A DNA stretch of 64,000 bases, from NCBI GenBank assembly GCA_963676795.2, contig CAXXTB010000002.1:256001-320000 (forward strand), in the 5' to 3' direction. Below, piece by piece: positions 62,142 to 64,000 of this stretch. Within the stretch, counting starts at the first letter, position 1. Every line of letters begins with the position of its first letter. Below the pieces are notes generated by a model that saw nothing but the letters and a program-made list of their open reading frames with translations, had not been told where the DNA came from and made no database searches. This stretch comes from Geopsychrobacteraceae bacterium. Its GTDB lineage: Bacteria; Desulfobacterota; Desulfuromonadia; Desulfuromonadales; Geopsychrobacteraceae. Both the position numbers and the translations under genes were made by a program.

Positions 62142-63050
62142 TTAACTGGCCCATTTGAGAAGTTTCCTGTGTTGGTCCATAACATTGTTAAATATGGCAA
62201 TAGTAGGATTGTAATTTTCTTTGTTCCAGGCGCGGACATACATCATGGCATCCATGCCTGCCAGTTTTATCATTTCAATTTCGGGGCTATTGGCGATGTA
62301 GCTGCGGGCGCTGGTTACGGCTATTCCTCGTCCTATTTCAATCCACAGAAGTTGGGTTTTAAGGTCTGGTGCCATGACTGTTTTGGGCGTGAAGCCAGCA
62401 TCTTGGCACGTTTTCATGAACAGGCGGTTTAATCGTCCAGCGACCTCGTTCGGGAAAATAATAAATGTTTCGTCTTTGAAATCTATTAAAGTTAAATTGC
62501 TTTGGTCAGCAAGCGGATGTGTCTTCAAGAGGGCTAAGCGTGCTGGCAAATAGTACATATCGTCATAAACTATACTATTGCGGTTTTCTATCTCGACGAA
62601 CAGGGTGAAGATGATATCGAATGTACCTTCTTGTAGACCCGAAGCGAGACCTTTGTATCCCGTTTTTTGTAAATTTAATTCGACTTCGGGATACTGCAAG
62701 CTGAATTCTTGAATAGCTTTCTGCAGCGATTCGTCTACGTACTCAGCCTCGAAAATTCCTAACGACAGTTTTCCCGAATGCCCACTCTCCGCCTTTTTTG
62801 CTGCGCAACTGAGCTCTTTAAACTGTTCTTTCATGGTTCGTAAACCATTGTAGAAAACAGTTCCGCCCGGAGTCAGGCGCACACGTTTATTACCAGTATC
62901 CCGGATAAAGAGTTGAAGCGCTAACTCATCCTCAAGTTTTGCAATGTTTCTACTCAGTGCCGATTGGGTGATAAATACTTTTGATGCTGCTTCGGTAAAG
63001 TTCAGACATTCGCAGGCATAAAAAAAACATTTCAACTGAGTTTCGTTCAT
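62142..63050 (-). CDS. LysR-family transcriptional regulator
   Basis: MNETQLKCF..LNFTEAASKVFITQSALSRNI; full substrate domain; GAGG SD before ATG 63050. Confidence 0.93.
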   Translation of the reverse strand: MNETQLKCFFYACECLNFTEAASKVFITQSALSRNIAKLEDELALQLFIRDTGNKRVRLTPGGTVFYNGLRTMKEQFKELSCAAKKAESGHSGKLSLGIFEAEYVDESLQKAIQEFSLQYPEVELNLQKTGYKGLASGLQEGTFDIIFTLFVEIENRNSIVYDDMYYLPARLALLKTHPLADQSNLTLIDFKDETFIIFPNEVAGRLNRLFMKTCQDAGFTPKTVMAPDLKTQLLWIEIGRGIAVTSARSYIANSPEIEMIKLAGMDAMMYVRAWNKENYNPTIAIFNNVMDQHRKLLKWAS

Positions 63051-63394
63051 GGAATCCTCTGTTGTAATCATGGAGAAAAAGCCAAACGACCGATTTTGAG
63101 TGATGTATTCTTTATGTACAATAACAGTGGAGATAATTGACTTCAATGTGCAGAGTGCAATAAAATATACGATAAAATATGAAACTTTTTATGGTTTTCG
63201 TTCGATTTGCACAGTTGCTACTCGAGGTCTATAAATTGCTGGTCTGAGGCAGCTACCGAAGAGAGAGGCTCTTAAATCAAAAGCTAGGCAGGAAAGTGCA
63301 GATGGCCAGCGGAGCGGCCCACGAAAAACTGAAAACTGGTCGTAAATATAGGATCTTTCAGCGTAACGTAACATTTGAGTAAAGGTCACAACGG

Positions 63395-64000
63395 GTGAAA
63401 CTCAGCATTCAAATGATAGCCGACTGGCTGGAGCCATTTAATCCCCAAAAGTTCATTAAGTTTAACAGGTTTGAAGTAGAAACGGTTCGCTTTTATTCTA
63501 AAGAATTAGAAGCCAGTTCAAATACTATCTACATTGGCAGCCAGAGTGAAATGCGTGGGCACGGCGAAAGACGAATATGTTGCATGCATAATCATGATTA
63601 TATACTTTTGGATTCTTATGATATCGGATATATAGCAAATCAAATACTTAATGCATTTGAATATTATTCAACATGGGACAGTACAATGATATCCCTTCTG
63701 ACTTCAGGAGGTATGCTTCAAGATCTCATGGACGCTTCTCAAAATATCATTAACCGTCCCCTTGTCCTGATCGATAGTAGCCAGCGTCTGCTTGCCGTTA
63801 GTTCTAATTACAAGATCGGAGATATCGATGACGCATGGGATAGCTTTCTGAGCGGGGGCGGTTATGATATCGACTACCTTATCCAGTTAAATGAGAGAAA
63901 CCCGCAGCGCTTTGATTATAGAGGTGTCTACACCTATGATGAGCCGCTCCTTCCCCACAAGACCTGGCACTATAACTTTTTCACAAAAGGCATTTGGACG
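63395..64000 (+). CDS. Partial CDS, probable PucR/CdaR-family regulator N-terminus
   Basis: Hand-translated, 202 open codons to the edge: MKLSIQMIADWL...LQDLMDASQNIINRPLVLIDS; family call from recalled similarity. Confidence 0.6.
   Translation, partial: MKLSIQMIADWLEPFNPQKFIKFNRFEVETVRFYSKELEASSNTIYIGSQSEMRGHGERRICCMHNHDYILLDSYDIGYIANQILNAFEYYSTWDSTMISLLTSGGMLQDLMDASQNIINRPLVLIDSSQRLLAVSSNYKIGDIDDAWDSFLSGGGYDIDYLIQLNERNPQRFDYRGVYTYDEPLLPHKTWHYNFFTKGIWT

Overview
Chromosomal segment of an anaerobic deltaproteobacterium; gene content suggests Desulfuromonadales/Geobacterales, which is an inference. 1-8.7 kb is a late flagellar cluster: truncated Maf-type glycosyltransferase, fliC, flaG, fliD, fliS, PilZ brake, a sigma28-driven diguanylate cyclase, FliK-like and FlhB-C-like genes. 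Next come tRNA-Ser, SRP RNA, dnaX-ybaB-recR, PFOR, an AEC transporter, an aminotransferase, a glutamate-cysteine ligase, tkt, a sigma54 activator followed by hsp20-hsp20-clpB, signalling and radical SAM genes, glmU-glmS, NDH-2, an octaheme cytochrome c, ftsK-rnj-plsC, proVWX, and MATE plus an RlmN-like gene. From about 52 kb an AT-richer, gene-sparse accessory region carries an aroE-like gene, ubiX, an lpdD-like gene, a DHODH-like gene, an IS3-truncated LysR, an MFS transporter and regulators. The strongest unannotated signals are non-coding: (1) three tandem copies of a promoter plus small-RNA cassette with two anti-Shine-Dalgarno motifs and a compensatory stem change (20.2-21.05 kb); (2) an alanine-rich leader peptide with complete attenuator geometry before the aminotransferase; (3) an E. 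coli-like -1 frameshift signal in dnaX; (4) a long structured leader before proVWX. All coordinates were counted by hand and no searches were run.
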